A stretch of 62,517 bases of DNA, the filler included, from Pirum gemmata (lineage: Eukaryota): NCBI GenBank assembly GCA_002812295.1. It is 20 parts of 20 records of this genome, joined end to end, with 100 filler letters (N's around TTAATTAATTAA, not from the genome) between each part and the next. Parts side by side here need not be neighbours in the genome. Positions count along the whole stretch, not along the records: positions 59,514 to 62,517 come from PDIN01003853.1; 19 more parts are not named here. One strand, written 5' to 3'. How positions within the stretch are numbered: the first letter of the stretch is position 1; each line of letters opens with the position of its first letter. The position numbers and the translations under genes are program-made. The notes beneath the pieces were generated by a model, which saw nothing but the letters and a program-made list of their open reading frames with translations, was not told the origin of the DNA and made no database searches. Positions 59,801 through 62,517 of this stretch are shown here, in pieces.

Positions 59801-60911
59801 ATATAAAAATATCAGTAATAATTTTTAAATATTATTATAACCCTCCGTTCCGAATAAATAATTCTGACCTGTGAATAAATGTGTTGCAAAAAAATTCTCC
59901 CAATTCTGCTCTGTTTAAAATTCGAGATTTCGAGTCTATATATCAATTAATAAATTTGAAATGTTCAAGCTTAAAATTATGTATTCAAATATATTTATTT
60001 ATTAATAAACCCGAAAGATACGAAAAAAAAATATTTTTCCAACGGAGCTGAATTTTGGCTTTTTTTGACAGCAGAAATTCGAGTTTTCGGGTTTGAGCAG
60101 AATTGGGAGAGGCACGTGTCAGCTTCTCCTAACTCTGTTTTGTTTATTAAAAAAATTTCAAGCCTTACTCATTAATTAAACAAGTTCGAAAATTTTTTAA
60201 GCTAACAGTTTTTTAAAACTGTTAAAAAAGTATTCAAGCGAGTATTCAACACCTTAGAAACCAAAGTAACAGGCCAACTGGTCGGCCCTAAAATTCTATC
60301 CCCTCTATGCAGAAAAGTATTAGTGGATCTGGTTAGAATAACTGGATCATATTTATTCTATCCCCTCTATGCAGAAAAGTATTAGTGGATCTGGGTAGAA
60401 TAACTGGATCATATTTATTTATTTACAAACCCGAAAAAATGGAAAAAAATAATTCAAATTTTCGGCGGGCTCGAGGAGAATTGGGAACTATTTTTAAAAT
60501 ATTAAATGTTTTTAACTACCAAGTCGGATAAAAATAGTGACATCCGCCATATGAGCTCAAATCCAAAAATCTCAAAATAGCTCAATTTTAATGGAAAAAC
60601 TACCAAATTACAAGAAATCAGATATCTAATAAAACTCTATTATGAACCAATTGTTAGTTTTTAAAAATAATTTGGCTAGTTTTAAAAAAGAAATCTAAAA
60701 TTTTTGGATTTCTACAGTTTTATCCGGCTTGGCTGTTAAAAAAAAAATATTTATATATTTATAACATTTTGACCAATGGAAACGTTGATATTTTTTAAAC
60801 AGACGATTTTGACCAATAGCAGCGTTGTTAGCCTTATGACACAATGTTAGTGATAATCAAACTTTTGATTGGTTTGTTGGTGTTTTACATCCAAATTTAC
60901 AGGTAATATTG

Positions 60912-61142
60912 AGTAGAGGTGAGATATCTACTGGAAGTTTTTTCGAACATATGCTTATCGAGCCAACCTTAGTTCCGTGTTTCTTACTAATATTAGCAGT
61001 TAAATAGCTTAAAATAGTAAATCTAGTTATAGTAGATACCAATTAAAGTAATTATATTAACACTAATAGTAATGTAAAATAAAATCGGAAAAATTCCGGC
61101 AGATGTTCGGTAATAATAAAAAGACGTCATCTCACCCCTACT
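60912..61142. mobile_element. MITE family F (~230 bp); inverted copy at 57805-58336 spanning an N gap
   Basis: TIRs AGTAG(G/A)GGTGAGAT ... ATCTCACCCCTACT and shared interior (GGAACTAAGGTTGGCTCGATAAGCAT). Confidence 0.82.
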
Positions 61143-61531
61143 TATTGTTGGGTTTTAACCAGCTAAATATTAATCCTAATAAGGCTAAATACTAATCCTA
61201 ATAAAGCTATTAACGTGTTAAAAAAATAAAAAAAGAGGTTTTCTAATTAACCAATCCAATGCTTTAATTTACTGATAATTTGATAATTTTTTTTTTGTTT
61301 GTTTGTTTTGTTTGTTTTTGCTGTTTTTGTTTTTGCTGTTTTTTGTTTTTTTTTAATTTTTTTGTTTTGTTTTACTTTTTTTGTTTTGTTTTGTTTTGTT
61401 TTTTGGTTTTTTTTAGTTTTTTTTTATGAATGTATAAAAGGTCACCCACGCTACAAAAAAAAAACAAAAACAAAAAAAAAATAAAATGAAATAAAAAATC
61501 AAAATCAAAATCAAAAAAATATACAAAGAAA

Positions 61532-61701
61532 ATGATCAACCCTCAATTTAAAATAATGTCGCTACAAGAACAATTGCTACAACAAGTAGTACAACTGTCA
61601 ACACCCTTGCTACCATTACAACAACAACAACAACAACAACAACAACTACAACTACAACAACAACTACAACAACAACAACACCAGCAGCAACAACAACCAC
61701 T

Positions 61702-61762
<61 letters not shown>

Positions 61763-62452
61763 AATCAAAATGAAGAAGAAAAACAGCTGCGTTTGTTACA
61801 ATTAGATTTGGAACAAGATTTAATTGAAAATTCCTCCCCATTTCAAAATTTTTTAGTACGTAGCTTAAATGATTTGCCGTATTATTTAAACAACAACACT
61901 GACAAGAACATTAATAACTTTAATAATAATAACAATACCATAGATGATCTTTCTAGAATTCGCAGTAGTAGTAATAGTACTACTACTACTACTACTACAA
62001 CTAGTACTAGTTCAAATATCGATATTAAAAAAAGCTTATTTCGAAGTAACTCGAATCCATTTCCAACTTGGACACAACAACAACAACAACAACAACAACA
62101 AATAAACCCATTACAAGCTTCAAATTTAATTTTACAACAACAACAACCATCAAATCGTAAACGAGCTTTAAATTTATTACCAAAACAAAATGACAATAAC
62201 TCTTCATTAAGTGAAGCAAGTTATTCATCATTGTTATGTTTTGAAACTATTAAGGAATGTAGTAATTGTGCTACTTCAATATCCAATATTTGGAGAAAAA
62301 GTAAAAAGACAAAGTTACCTTTATGCAACGCTTGTGGATTGTATGAAAGTTCACATGCTGGTATATCAAGACCATTACGTCTATCTAAAAGAAAGAGAAA
62401 AAATAGAGAAAGCAAACTTGTAAATGTAAACCTGCGTGAATTGAAAAATTAA
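61532..62452 (+). CDS. GATA-type zinc-finger transcription factor with polyQ N-terminus
   Basis: CSNC-x18-CNAC (ECSNCATSISNIWRKSKKTKLPLCNACGLY) followed by RPLRL and a basic tail. Confidence 0.92.
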
Positions 62453-62517
62453 TTTTAGAATAATAATAATAATAATAAAATATAAATAATTGATTTAATA
62501 TTATATAATTATATATT

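Overview
Very AT-rich eukaryotic nuclear DNA with GT-AG spliceosomal introns and abundant (TTAGGG)n-type repeats. Gene content (cyclin Y, BCDIN3D, RGS, TALE, GATA, NOX) suggests a unicellular opisthokont, possibly a holozoan (inference). The window is not a natural locus: 19 identical 100-nt linkers (N44-TTAATTAATTAA-N44) join 20 contigs, almost all about 3 kb, so gene order across linkers is uninformative. Single-exon ORFs encode a C2H2 zinc-finger protein, a double-TALE homeodomain protein, an NADPH oxidase, a secreted Cys-repeat protein, a secreted possibly GPI-anchored helical protein, a secreted coiled-coil/tectonin-propeller protein, an RGS protein and a GATA factor. Spliced partial genes, largely missed by the ORF track, include a possible BCR-like N-terminus, BCDIN3D, cyclin Y, EBP2 and an Irc3-like DEAH helicase with small exons inside telomere-repeat introns. 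Mobile DNA includes a decayed Fanzor2/TnpB gene arranged as a fold-back, Ty1/copia remnants interrupted by a repeated tRNA-like element with an extended acceptor stem, and several MITE families. Most ORFs in the supplied track are microsatellite artefacts. All homology calls come from motif recognition by eye, not from database searches.
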